Source: an uncultured Verrucomicrobiae bacterium
GTDB taxonomy: Bacteria; Verrucomicrobiota; Verrucomicrobiia; Chthoniobacterales; JAFAMB01
Length of the DNA stretch: 64,000 bases
NCBI GenBank assembly: GCA_963837955.1
Contig: CAWIPH010000002.1
Location: 1,312,001 to 1,376,000, forward strand
Direction: 5' to 3'
Position numbers and translations under genes: made by a program. The notes beneath the pieces are model-generated. The model did not search any database, was not told the DNA's origin, and saw nothing but the letters and a program-made list of their open reading frames with translations. Shown piece after piece: positions 38,708-48,019 of this stretch. Position 1 is the first letter of the stretch. Each line of letters opens with the position of its first letter.

Positions 38708-40852
38708 ATGACCGAGAAAAGCAAGCGGGCCTGCTCGATTTGCGGCACGCTGTTAGGCGCCAGCACTGAGTCGTGTCCGGTTTGCGCGTTGCAGGGAGCT
38801 CTTGGCAATGAGAGAGCAACCAGCGAATCACCCGTCGAAACAACCCTTTCGTCTCCCCAGCTCCGATTCGAGCACTACGAGATTCTCACGCGCGAGGACG
38901 GAACACCTTTTGAGCTGGGACGCGGCACAATGGGAATTACTTACAAGGCTGTCGACGTCGATCTTCGATGCCCCGTAACATTAAAGATCATCAGCGAAAA
39001 GTATCTCGGCGAGGAGTCAGCGAGGCTTCGATTTATGCGTGAGGCTCGCGCAGCCGCTAGCGTCCGACATCCTAACGTGGCTTCGGTGTTTCACCTCGGT
39101 AAGAGCGCTGGCAGCTACTTTTATACGATGGAGTTTGTGGAGGGAGAGACGTTGGAAACCCTCATCAAGCGCTTTAGCCGGCTTGAGGTAAAGCTCGCGC
39201 TGGAAATCGCCACTCAGATTGCCTCCGGTTTGGCCGCGGTACACAGACAAAACTTTGTCCACCGAGACATCAAACCAGCCAACGTCATGGTCAGCTTGGA
39301 GGATGGAGCCGTTGTGACGAAGATTATAGACTTGGGACTAGCGAAGGGAGCAACGAATCCGGAGTCCGGAACAGCGATTTCGATTCCAGGAAGTTTCGCT
39401 GGCACGCCAGAGTTCGCTAGCCCGGAACAATTTGCTGGGGTCGGCGTAGACATCCGTTCGGACCTCTACTCGCTTGGCGTGACGCTTTGGCAGATGCTTG
39501 CCGGCCAGACACCATTCCGCGGATCTCCGGCTGAACTGATGCATCAACATTTGCATGCGTCGTTGCCACTTGACCAACTAGACCACCTCCCACAGCCGGT
39601 TGTTGCGTTACTTGAGGTTCTTCTCGAAAAGGATCCAAAGGGCCGTTTTCAGAATCCGACGGAACTTCTGAAGGCAATGCCAACGATAAAGGCTGCTATC
39701 GAAGCAGGGCATACAATCCCTGGTCGGACCCTTGTGAGCAAAGCTCGTTCGAGACGCGACGATGACTTGGACAGCGCGCCCGGGCGGCGCCGTTCGTCAC
39801 CACGCTGGGAACTTAGGCCCGAGCAGGCCCTGTCATCGGTCCCGGCCGGGCTTGGTCCCGCTCCTGATCGCAAGCCCAAGATAATACTGATCGGAACCAT
39901 TCTCGCCGGCATCTTGCTACTCGGTTCGGTGATTTATCTTAACTCACACTCCGCTATACTTAGAACAGCGATCACTCCTCTTCCGACCACGACGACGCCA
40001 CCGGGGGCAACCGCTCGATTAGCCTCGACCCCGAGCCCGACAATTGATGACGCCGCGCGCCTCGTGCTTCGAAATGCAACGAAAGAACAGCCTTGGGAAA
40101 ACAGTTTAGGAATGAAGTTCGTTCCTGTCCCAGGCACGCAGGTGTTCTTCAGTATCTGGGATACCCGGATCCAGGATTTCCGGGTGTTCGTGGAGCGAAG
40201 CGGCTATGACGCCACCGGCGGCATGTACTCGATGGGTAAAGACGGTTTGAAACAGCGGGGTGGAAGTTGGAAAGAGCCCGGCTTTGATCAAGGCCAGACT
40301 CACCCAGTGGTCGGAGTCAGTTCGATTGATGCCAAAGCTTTTTGTGCCTGGCTGACCAAAACAGAGCTGAAGGCCGGTCAGCTACCGCGCGGGTGGTCAT
40401 ATCGACTACCCACCGACGAAGAATGGAGTATTGCGGTGGGTTTGGGTCATGAGCCCGGCTACACGCCGGGCATGAAAAACGGAAGAATTACAGGGATTTA
40501 TCCTTGGGGAAAACAATGGCCTCCGCCACAGGGCGCTGGCAATTACTGCGGAGAGGAATCGAAGGCGTGGACGGATGCTGTGATCGAGGGCTACAACGAC
40601 GAATACGCACATACCAGCCCGGTGGGAAGCTTTGCTGCTAATCAGTTCGGCCTTTATGATATGGGCGGCAATGTGTGGCAATGGTGCGAGGACTGGTACG
40701 ATAGTGAGAAAGAGTATCGGGTGTTACGCGGGGCGTCCTGGTACGAATTCAGTCCCTTCAATCTGTTGTCATCAGCTCGCTATTACGGCGGCGCTCCGGA
40801 TGGTCGCTGCAATGGCGGAGGTTTCCGGTGTGTCATTGCGCAGGAGCCTTAA
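38708..40852 (+). CDS. Ser/Thr protein kinase with TM and FGE/SUMF1-like domain
   Basis: CSIC..CPVC, HRDIKPAN, DLGLAK, TM, NSLGMKFV, HPVV, YRLPTDEEW, GLYDMGGNVWQWC, GFRC. Confidence 0.93.
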   Translation: MTEKSKRACSICGTLLGASTESCPVCALQGALGNERATSESPVETTLSSPQLRFEHYEILTREDGTPFELGRGTMGITYKAVDVDLRCPVTLKIISEKYLGEESARLRFMREARAAASVRHPNVASVFHLGKSAGSYFYTMEFVEGETLETLIKRFSRLEVKLALEIATQIASGLAAVHRQNFVHRDIKPANVMVSLEDGAVVTKIIDLGLAKGATNPESGTAISIPGSFAGTPEFASPEQFAGVGVDIRSDLYSLGVTLWQMLAGQTPFRGSPAELMHQHLHASLPLDQLDHLPQPVVALLEVLLEKDPKGRFQNPTELLKAMPTIKAAIEAGHTIPGRTLVSKARSRRDDDLDSAPGRRRSSPRWELRPEQALSSVPAGLGPAPDRKPKIILIGTILAGILLLGSVIYLNSHSAILRTAITPLPTTTTPPGATARLASTPSPTIDDAARLVLRNATKEQPWENSLGMKFVPVPGTQVFFSIWDTRIQDFRVFVERSGYDATGGMYSMGKDGLKQRGGSWKEPGFDQGQTHPVVGVSSIDAKAFCAWLTKTELKAGQLPRGWSYRLPTDEEWSIAVGLGHEPGYTPGMKNGRITGIYPWGKQWPPPQGAGNYCGEESKAWTDAVIEGYNDEYAHTSPVGSFAANQFGLYDMGGNVWQWCEDWYDSEKEYRVLRGASWYEFSPFNLLSSARYYGGAPDGRCNGGGFRCVIAQEP

Positions 40853-40984
40853 TCTTAGAGCTAGTCAATCTTCGACGCTACCTGCCTCGGCGCTTTTCAA
40901 CACAAAGCCCAAGCTTCTAAGCAACTTGGTTGTGCTCCGATGAGTCTTCTTCTCCTGATTTAGGCGTGCAAATTCTCACTCTCG

Positions 40985-42292
40985 TTAGGCCGCAGACAAA
41001 TCCGTCGTGAGTGCAGTCGGCGCTACCTCTTCAGTTCTCCCATTCATAAATAGAACCCTAGAGACCCTTTCTTTGAGGTTTGCCGTAAAGTTGATCGAAA
41101 GCCGAGCGCCCAAGAGCAGACTAACGAGGAAAAGAACTGCCGCTCCGAGCAGAGTAAAACTAGGTCCGGCAATTGCCACTGCGCCGCCCCAGATCACGCC
41201 GCCAAGTACCATCGCTCCCTCCGAGACCATAAAGACGGTGGCGTTCAGGCGACCTCGCACCCAACTTGGCATAGCGCGTTGCGCCGCCACCCAAAGTTCG
41301 GAAGCAGAGAGTGTCCATCCCGCGCCCGCCAGCGCGGCCACTAGCAAGAATAATTCGGTCTGGCGGACAAATCCCATCAACCCATAAGCCAGGATAATCA
41401 ACAGGTTCGCCGACAAGGTGAGAGCATTCGGCGAGAAGTGACTCCTGAGCCACCGAGCAATGCTTAGCATCCCTATCACGGAGCCGATTCCCATACTGGT
41501 GAACAAGAGACCGAGGTTAGACGAATTGAGATGTAACACTTTCAAGCCGACGACCGGCACAACTGCCGGGATTGCGGAAATGAACAGAGCGAACAGAGCA
41601 TTTCGGGCTAGCACAATCTGAAGCTCGGGTACGCAACGAACGTAGCGAAAAGCAGTCCGGAAAGATTGGGAGAAGCTTTCCGACGAAACCTTTGACAACA
41701 CTGCTGGTTGTTTCCATTGGAGAATGGATAGAATCACCAGAAGGAAGCAGGCGGCATTGCCTGCAAACACGAAACTCGCTCCGATCAACGGAGCCAACAA
41801 ACCCCCTAAAACTGGTCCAATAATTCCTGAGATATTGAACTGCAAACCATTCAAGGTCGCAGCGGAGGGAAGTTCTGTATCTGAGACGACTTGAGGCACA
41901 ATCGACGTCCAGGTCGGTGCGTTAAAAGCAAATCCGATTCCGACGAAAAAGACGCAAACCAGGATAAGATAGGGATTGAGAAGGTGCAGCCAGCCAAGAA
42001 TCGCTAAAGCGACGGCGGTGGCTGCTAACCAAAGATTGATTGCACACACCAATTTCTTTCGGTTCACACTGTCGGCCAGGGCACCGGCGGGCAGTGTGAA
42101 CAGAAAGAAAGGTAGTGATGCGACTGTCGACATCAGCGAGATCAAAAACGGCGACTCTGTCAGCGTACTCATCATCCAGGTCGCCGCGCTATTATGAGCG
42201 GCCACAAAGCTTCCAGAGACGAGGGTGGCGATCCACAGTCTTCTGAACACGGGGTTGCGGAGCGCTGCCCAGGTCGAGTTCATAGTCATCAT
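40985..42292 (-). CDS. MFS transporter (MFS_3/DUF894-like)
   Basis: WAALRNPVFRRLW, LPAGALAD, 12 TM, WVRGR. Confidence 0.9.
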   Translation of the reverse strand: MMTMNSTWAALRNPVFRRLWIATLVSGSFVAAHNSAATWMMSTLTESPFLISLMSTVASLPFFLFTLPAGALADSVNRKKLVCAINLWLAATAVALAILGWLHLLNPYLILVCVFFVGIGFAFNAPTWTSIVPQVVSDTELPSAATLNGLQFNISGIIGPVLGGLLAPLIGASFVFAGNAACFLLVILSILQWKQPAVLSKVSSESFSQSFRTAFRYVRCVPELQIVLARNALFALFISAIPAVVPVVGLKVLHLNSSNLGLLFTSMGIGSVIGMLSIARWLRSHFSPNALTLSANLLIILAYGLMGFVRQTELFLLVAALAGAGWTLSASELWVAAQRAMPSWVRGRLNATVFMVSEGAMVLGGVIWGGAVAIAGPSFTLLGAAVLFLVSLLLGARLSINFTANLKERVSRVLFMNGRTEEVAPTALTTDLSAA

Positions 42293-42624
42293 TGGAAGCG
42301 AGGTCTTCCGTTCGTTTTCCGCGAAGCGATGGCGGCCGATCGGCAGCTAGCCGAATCGTTCGCCTCGCATCGGTAGACAATGGGACCGTTCGAAGTGAAA
42401 ATGATCGAAACTTCTCGGCACAAAGAAACTTCGTGGAAGGCGGAACTATCAGCCAACCCGGAAAGAAAGACTCGAACAGAGCGAAAGAAGCTAAGAGCAT
42501 TGCGACTCAGGCGAAATCCCTCAACGAAGATGATGGAGGGTGCGGCGCCGCCTGGGGACACGACTTCGGACCTCAAGGCCGAGGTACAAATTGAAGCCGA
42601 AGGAGGGATCGAAGTTGTTTTCAT
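42289..42624 (-). CDS. hypothetical protein, coupled to the MFS gene
   Basis: ATGA overlap with MFS start; downstream of promoter copy B. Confidence 0.5.
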   Translation of the reverse strand: MKTTSIPPSASICTSALRSEVVSPGGAAPSIIFVEGFRLSRNALSFFRSVRVFLSGLADSSAFHEVSLCREVSIIFTSNGPIVYRCEANDSASCRSAAIASRKTNGRPRFQ

Positions 42625-42654
42625 AAGGTGATTTGGTTCTGGTCGAGTTTTCGA

Positions 42655-42695
42655 CCTTCATCCAACTACAAAGGATTTCCGGCGCGGCGGTTTCA
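42655..42695 (-). promoter_or_regulatory. putative ECF promoter, copy B
   Basis: TGAAAC-cgccgcgccggaaatcct-TTGTA-gttgga-TGAAGG on the minus strand. Confidence 0.7.
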
Positions 42696-42880
42696 GAAAT
42701 GCCGAGGAATTAGCAGGCACGGTCCGGCCGCATAGGGAAATCTAAGCTCGATCCCGCTTAGCATTCTCTCCGAGAAGATCGGCGCTTCGACAAGTCGCTA
42801 GCTTGCACCCGGCGAATGGCCGTTTTTAAAAGTTCGGAGCCGCGGTATCTCGAGTTTATGGCCGATTTGTTCCCACCTTT

Positions 42881-42920
42881 TGAAACTTGTCGCCCTGATT
42901 TCCTTTGTACCTGGTGAAGG
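42881..42920 (+). promoter_or_regulatory. putative ECF promoter, copy C
   Basis: TGAAAC-ttgtcgccctgatttcct-TTGTA-cctgg-TGAAGG. Confidence 0.7.
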
Positions 42921-42958
42921 CAGGCGAACACGCCTGTCTCAACCCACAAAGGGAAGCC

Positions 42959-43327
42959 ATGTTCAAAAATCAGACTAATCGAATTCTTCTTGCGATCGCC
43001 ACGATCGCTACACTCTGGTCTATGCCTGTAATGCTGCAGGCGGCCGAGCTGCATCCAATTGTTGTTGTCGGAATCCCGCCCAACAGTGTTGCCCTCAGGC
43101 ATCCAACTCCGGAATATCCTCGCAATGCTTTGAACTTACACATCAGCGGTGATGTTCTGGTTGGGGTCCAGGTCGAGAACGGCGTAATTATGGAAACTAC
43201 GGCAGTCTCGAATTCGTCACCTATGCTGGCCGATTCGGCTACCCGCTGGGTGGCCAATCAATGGAAATTCAAGCCCTCGGTTAGTGGAGTGTTTACCATT
43301 CCCATCTCATACAAACAGTCCGCGTAA
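42959..43327 (+). CDS. stand-alone TonB C-terminal domain protein with signal peptide
   Basis: PxPEYPRNA...ISGDV.V...LADSA...WKFKP...IPISY. Confidence 0.78.
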   Translation: MFKNQTNRILLAIATIATLWSMPVMLQAAELHPIVVVGIPPNSVALRHPTPEYPRNALNLHISGDVLVGVQVENGVIMETTAVSNSSPMLADSATRWVANQWKFKPSVSGVFTIPISYKQSA

Positions 43328-43344
43328 ATCAAACCGAATGGCGC

Positions 43345-43387
43345 GAAGAGAGGCGGGAACACTTTTGTTCTCGTCTCTTCTTTTTTT
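43345..43387 (+). terminator. intrinsic terminator
   Basis: Stem GAAGAGAGGCGGGAAC / GTTCTCGTCTCTTC followed by a T run. Confidence 0.7.
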
Positions 43388-43444
43388 GGTATGGGTATGA
43401 GCCAACGGCGTAGGTGCCCACGAGCTATTTGGGCGGCAAACACT

Positions 43445-43606
43445 GTCGGAGGGCGCGCCGCTTGCGGCGCCCGGGAACCACCCAATGCTCACCGAGGAAT
43501 CGAGGCGAAAGATCTGTTTCCGCGTACGTTGAACTGAAAGAAATCGCCAATGACTATCGGTTCATCGCGGCCGTTCCCGGGCGCCGCAAGCGGCGCACCC
43601 TCCGAC
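43445..43606. repeat. REPIN-like inverted repeat
   Basis: GTCGGAGGGCGCGCCGCTTGCGGCGCCCGGGAAC and GTTCCCGGGCGCCGCAAGCGGCGCACCCTCCGAC. Confidence 0.85.
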
Positions 43607-43822
43607 GCTGGAACATCCATTGATAGCGAACTCAGATTGATCGCGCGGGCCACCGCCCCTTGGCTATTTGCCCCGCCCGCAACGCGTAGCGATGCGGGCG
43701 GGTATTGGCTAATTCCATTCAAGCCTCTCGTGAGAATGACGGCGGTTTGACGTTTATGCAGCGAGGCACTACCCTCCCGCGAGCCCGCTCCCTGGAAGGC
43801 GGCGGGCCAAAACCGAACGCTC

Positions 43823-45271
43823 GTGGACGCCCGTATCCTTGAGGAATTCCGCGCAATCGTGGGAGACATCGGCCTGATCACGTCGCAGGAACAATTGAAA
43901 ACCTACGAGTGTGACGGGCTGACGAATTTCCGCGTCCTTCCACAGGCCGTACTGCTGCCCCGCTCGACGGAACAGGTCCAGGGAATCGTGCGGGTGTGCC
44001 ATCGAGAGCGGATTCCATTTGTGGCGCGCGGCTCAGGCACGGGATTAAGCGGGGGCGCACTGCCAGTGAAAGACGGGGTGGTGATCAGCCTGGCGCGCAT
44101 GAACCACATTCTCGAAATAGACTTGGCGAACGCGCTCGTGGTGGTGGAGCCGGGTGTGATAAACTTGGAGGTGACCGGGCGGGTTGCGCCGCAAGGCTTT
44201 TTCTATGCGCCCGATCCCTCGTCGCAATCGATCTGCAGCATCGGCGGAAACGTGGCGGAGAACTCTGGCGGTGCGCACTGTCTAAAATATGGATTTACCA
44301 CCACGCATGTGCTTGGCCTTGAGATAGTGCTGCCGGATGGCTCGTTGGTGCACCTGGGCGGCAAGACCCTCGACGCGCCGGGGTACGACCTGTCGGGCGT
44401 GTTCGTGGGCTCAGAGGGCACGTTGGGCCTCGCTACTAAGATAACTCTCCGAATCGTCAAGCGACCCGAATGTATCCAGACGCTGCTCGCGGCGTTTAAT
44501 TCCACCGGCGAAGCGGGTGCGGCGGTGAGCGGAATCATTGCTGCCGGCATGCTGCCTGCAGCGATCGAAATGATGGACAACCTGGCTATCCAGGCCGCTG
44601 AAGCGGCTGTCCACGCCAACTATCCCGACTGCGGCGCACTGTTGCTGGTGGAGCTCGACGGACCCATTGCGGAAGTCGAAGTGCTGATGCGTCAGGTGGA
44701 CGAAATCTGCCGGAAGTGCGGCGCCGGGGAAATCCGGGTGGCGCAGACGGAGGCGGAGCGCGTGCTGGTGTGGAAGGGGCGGAAAGCAGCGTTCGCCGCG
44801 GTGGGCCGCATTTCGCCGAATTACATCGTACAGGACGGCGTGATCCCACGCACGGCGCTGCCGCGCGTCATGACCGAAATCGAGCGACTCAGCGCAGAGG
44901 CGGGAATCAGAGTAGCCAATGTGTTTCACGCTGGGGACGGCAACCTGCATCCGTTGGTGCTCTATGATCGCCGAATCGAAGGGCAGGAGCATGCTGCCGA
45001 GGTCCTGGCCAACCGGATCCTTGAACTATGCATCGAGGCCGGCGGGTCCATCACGGGTGAACATGGTGTCGGTGAAGAGAAGAAAATGATGATGTCAAAG
45101 ATGTATGCGGAGCCGGATCTAGAAACGATGCAGCGCGTGCGCTGCGCATTTGATCCGGAGCAGCTCTCAAATCCAACGAAAGTTTTTCCGCGGCCGCGGT
45201 TGTGCGGCGAACAGCCCGGGGAGTATCGACCTCATCCTGCGGAGCTCGCCGGAATTGCAGAACGCTTTTGA
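43823..45271 (+). CDS. glcD: glycolate oxidase FAD subunit
   Basis: ARGSGTGLSGGA, YAPDPSS, GGAHCLKYG, FHAGDGNLHP, GEHGVG. Confidence 0.92.
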   Translation: MDARILEEFRAIVGDIGLITSQEQLKTYECDGLTNFRVLPQAVLLPRSTEQVQGIVRVCHRERIPFVARGSGTGLSGGALPVKDGVVISLARMNHILEIDLANALVVVEPGVINLEVTGRVAPQGFFYAPDPSSQSICSIGGNVAENSGGAHCLKYGFTTTHVLGLEIVLPDGSLVHLGGKTLDAPGYDLSGVFVGSEGTLGLATKITLRIVKRPECIQTLLAAFNSTGEAGAAVSGIIAAGMLPAAIEMMDNLAIQAAEAAVHANYPDCGALLLVELDGPIAEVEVLMRQVDEICRKCGAGEIRVAQTEAERVLVWKGRKAAFAAVGRISPNYIVQDGVIPRTALPRVMTEIERLSAEAGIRVANVFHAGDGNLHPLVLYDRRIEGQEHAAEVLANRILELCIEAGGSITGEHGVGEEKKMMMSKMYAEPDLETMQRVRCAFDPEQLSNPTKVFPRPRLCGEQPGEYRPHPAELAGIAERF

Positions 45272-45272
45272 A

Positions 45273-46565
45273 ATGGCGTCCCTGCCGACAGCTACCGGAA
45301 CAGAGAAAGGGGTCGCAGTCCCGTGGGACGATCTCCGGGCCATTGCTGGCGCCGATCAGCTTCGCTCCGCGGGGCCCGGGGACCGCGTCGCTGGAGTGCA
45401 GCCGGAAGCGGTCTTCGAGCCAGGCAGCGAAAAAGAATTGGCAGCGGCGCTGCACTGCGCGGACGCCGCCGGGCTCAGCGTTGTGCCGCGCGGCGGCGGC
45501 ACGAAAACCAGCTGGGGCAATCCGCCAATGCGCGCCGACCTGATCCTCTCGATGGAGCGACTCAACCGGGTGATCGAACACGCCTGGGGCGATCTGACCG
45601 TGAGCGTAGAGGCTGGCTGCACTTTCCAGCAATTGCAGAATACACTGTCGCAGCATGGCCAGCGCATCGCCATCGATCCGCTGTGGCCCGAGCGGGCCAC
45701 CATCGGTGGAATCCTTTCAACGAACGACAGCGGCACACTCCGTATTCGGTATGGCGGTCTGCGCGACCTGATTATCGGCATGACGATTGCGCTGCCCGAT
45801 GGCACACTGGCCTCGAGCGGCGGCAAAGTGGTAAAAAATGTCGCCGGGTACGACCTGCCGAAACTGGCCACGGGAGCACTGGGTACGCTCGGCGTCATCA
45901 CTCGCGCCATCTTCCGGCTGCATCCTTTGCCGCACAATCAACGGTCGCTCACATTTGAGACACGCGATCTGACCGACGCCAACCGCGTCATGCTGGCGGT
46001 GCAGGACTCCAAGCTGGCGCACACTGGGTTGCAGGCACGATTTTCTGAAGGGAGGACGCCCGCTGTGGACGTTCGTTTTGAGGGCACCGATGCGGGAATT
46101 GCGGCCCAGACAGAGACGTTGCGGAAACTGGCCGCTCCGGCAGCTGAAGCCGCGACCAGCGATGCGGTCTGGCTGGCGCGGCAAGAACTGTGGTCTTCTG
46201 CGGAGGCGGCAGCGATCGCAAAATTCAGCGTTCTTCCGGCGTCGGTCGCAGAGACGTGCCGCCGCATTCGCCTCTTGGCCGATTCTCTAGGTATACAGTG
46301 GCGTGCCGTTGTGCAGGGAACAGGGTTGGGCTGGCTGCGTCTGGAGGCGTCGAGCGCTGCCGCCATTCAGCAGGTTCTACACACTCTGCGGCCCGAGCTC
46401 GAACACGTGGGAGGCTCGCTGGTCGTGCTGCATCGACCCGCGGCAATGCCGGCAATTGACGCGTGGGGCAGCGGGGGCGATGCATTTCCGTTGATGTTGA
46501 GTGTGAAACAGCAGTTAGATCCGCGGGGTACGCTGAATCCCGGCCGGTTCATCGGGGGTATCTAA
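45273..46565 (+). CDS. glcE: glycolate oxidase subunit E
   Basis: GGGTK, GGKVVKNVAGYDL, DPRGTLNPGR; lies between glcD and glcF. Confidence 0.88.
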   Translation: MASLPTATGTEKGVAVPWDDLRAIAGADQLRSAGPGDRVAGVQPEAVFEPGSEKELAAALHCADAAGLSVVPRGGGTKTSWGNPPMRADLILSMERLNRVIEHAWGDLTVSVEAGCTFQQLQNTLSQHGQRIAIDPLWPERATIGGILSTNDSGTLRIRYGGLRDLIIGMTIALPDGTLASSGGKVVKNVAGYDLPKLATGALGTLGVITRAIFRLHPLPHNQRSLTFETRDLTDANRVMLAVQDSKLAHTGLQARFSEGRTPAVDVRFEGTDAGIAAQTETLRKLAAPAAEAATSDAVWLARQELWSSAEAAAIAKFSVLPASVAETCRRIRLLADSLGIQWRAVVQGTGLGWLRLEASSAAAIQQVLHTLRPELEHVGGSLVVLHRPAAMPAIDAWGSGGDAFPLMLSVKQQLDPRGTLNPGRFIGGI

Positions 46566-47875
46566 TGGCGCAGCAACAAACTCCAGTAGGCGTAAACGGG
46601 TACGACACGCACCATCCGCCGTCGGATGAACTGATCGACAAATGCGTGCATTGCGGGTTCTGCCTGCCCGTGTGCCCCACCTACGTGCTGTGGAACGAGG
46701 AGATGGACTCGCCGCGTGGGCGCATCTACCTGATGAAGATGGTCGCCGATGGCACCGCAACCATCAACAAAACATGGGTGAGCCATTTCGACGCCTGCCT
46801 CGGCTGTATGGCCTGCGTGACCGCGTGTCCCTCCGGCGTGGAGTATGGGAAGCTGATCGAAGCGACCCGGGCGCAAATTGAGCGCCGCTATACGCGACCA
46901 GCTGCGGAGATGAGGTTTCGCCGGCTTCTGTTCAGCATCTTCCCGCGCCCAGACCGGCTGCGTGCGCTGTTGCTGCCGTTGCGTCTGTATCAGAAAGCCG
47001 GGCTCCAGTCCTTGGTGCGGCGCGCGGGCATTCCTAAATTGTTTCCAGCACGTTTTCGGGCCATGGAGGCGTTGTTGCCGCAAGTGCCCGCGCAGGAAAC
47101 ACTCCTTGAATTGATCCCGGCGCAGGGCGAACGGCGACGCCGCGTGGGATTGCTGCTCGGTTGCGTGCAGCGTGTGCTTTTCCCACAGGTCAATGCAGCC
47201 ACGGCGCGCGTGCTCGCCGCAGAGGGATGCGAGGTAGTGGCTCCTAAGGCGCAACCTTGCTGCGGCGCCTTGCTGGTGCATGCTGGAGAAGAGGAGCAGG
47301 CGGTGCAACTCGCGCGTCAGACCATTGACGCGTTCGAAAAGGCTCAGGTCGATGCCGTGATCATCAATGCCGCGGGTTGTGGCTCGAATGTGAAAGAGTA
47401 TGGCCACCTCCTGCGCGATGACTCGGAGTATGCCGAGCGCGCGAAAGTGTTTGCGGCGAAGTGCCGCGACGTTTCCGAATTTCTGGCCGAGCTCGAGCCG
47501 CGCGCTACCCGCCATGCGTTACCGCTGCGTGTGGCCTACCACGATGCCTGCCACTTGCAGCACGCGCAGGGAATACGTTCGCAGCCGCGGACAGTGCTGG
47601 GACGCATCCCGCAACTCGAATTACTGGAAATCCCCGAAGCCGCGATCTGCTGCGGCTCCGCCGGAATCTACAACCTGGTACAACCGGAAGCTGCGACGGA
47701 GCTTGGCGATCGGAAAGCGAGTCACATCGCCGCGCTAGAGGCCGACATCGTTGTGTCGGCCAACCCCGGCTGCCTGTTGCAGCTCCAGTCGGCGCTGGCT
47801 CGCGCAGGGCGAAAGCTGCCGGTTCGCCACTTCATCGAGTTGCTCGACGCGTCGATCCGTGGCGTTTCTCTGTAG
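46565..47875 (+). CDS. glcF: glycolate oxidase iron-sulfur subunit
   Basis: CVHCGFCLPVCPTY, CLGCMACVTACPSGV, two CCG domains. Confidence 0.92.
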   Translation: MAQQQTPVGVNGYDTHHPPSDELIDKCVHCGFCLPVCPTYVLWNEEMDSPRGRIYLMKMVADGTATINKTWVSHFDACLGCMACVTACPSGVEYGKLIEATRAQIERRYTRPAAEMRFRRLLFSIFPRPDRLRALLLPLRLYQKAGLQSLVRRAGIPKLFPARFRAMEALLPQVPAQETLLELIPAQGERRRRVGLLLGCVQRVLFPQVNAATARVLAAEGCEVVAPKAQPCCGALLVHAGEEEQAVQLARQTIDAFEKAQVDAVIINAAGCGSNVKEYGHLLRDDSEYAERAKVFAAKCRDVSEFLAELEPRATRHALPLRVAYHDACHLQHAQGIRSQPRTVLGRIPQLELLEIPEAAICCGSAGIYNLVQPEAATELGDRKASHIAALEADIVVSANPGCLLQLQSALARAGRKLPVRHFIELLDASIRGVSL

Positions 47876-48019
47876 TGCGCTCCGCAATTTTTATTTCTGA
47901 ATTCTGAGTCTCGATTCAGGATTTTTTTTGCTGATTGCCGCGGAAGTTTCCGGTATGCATTCTTCCAATTTCTTACGAAGTAGCTTTTCACAGCTCACTC
48001 GTCCCCCCACCCCCCAAAC

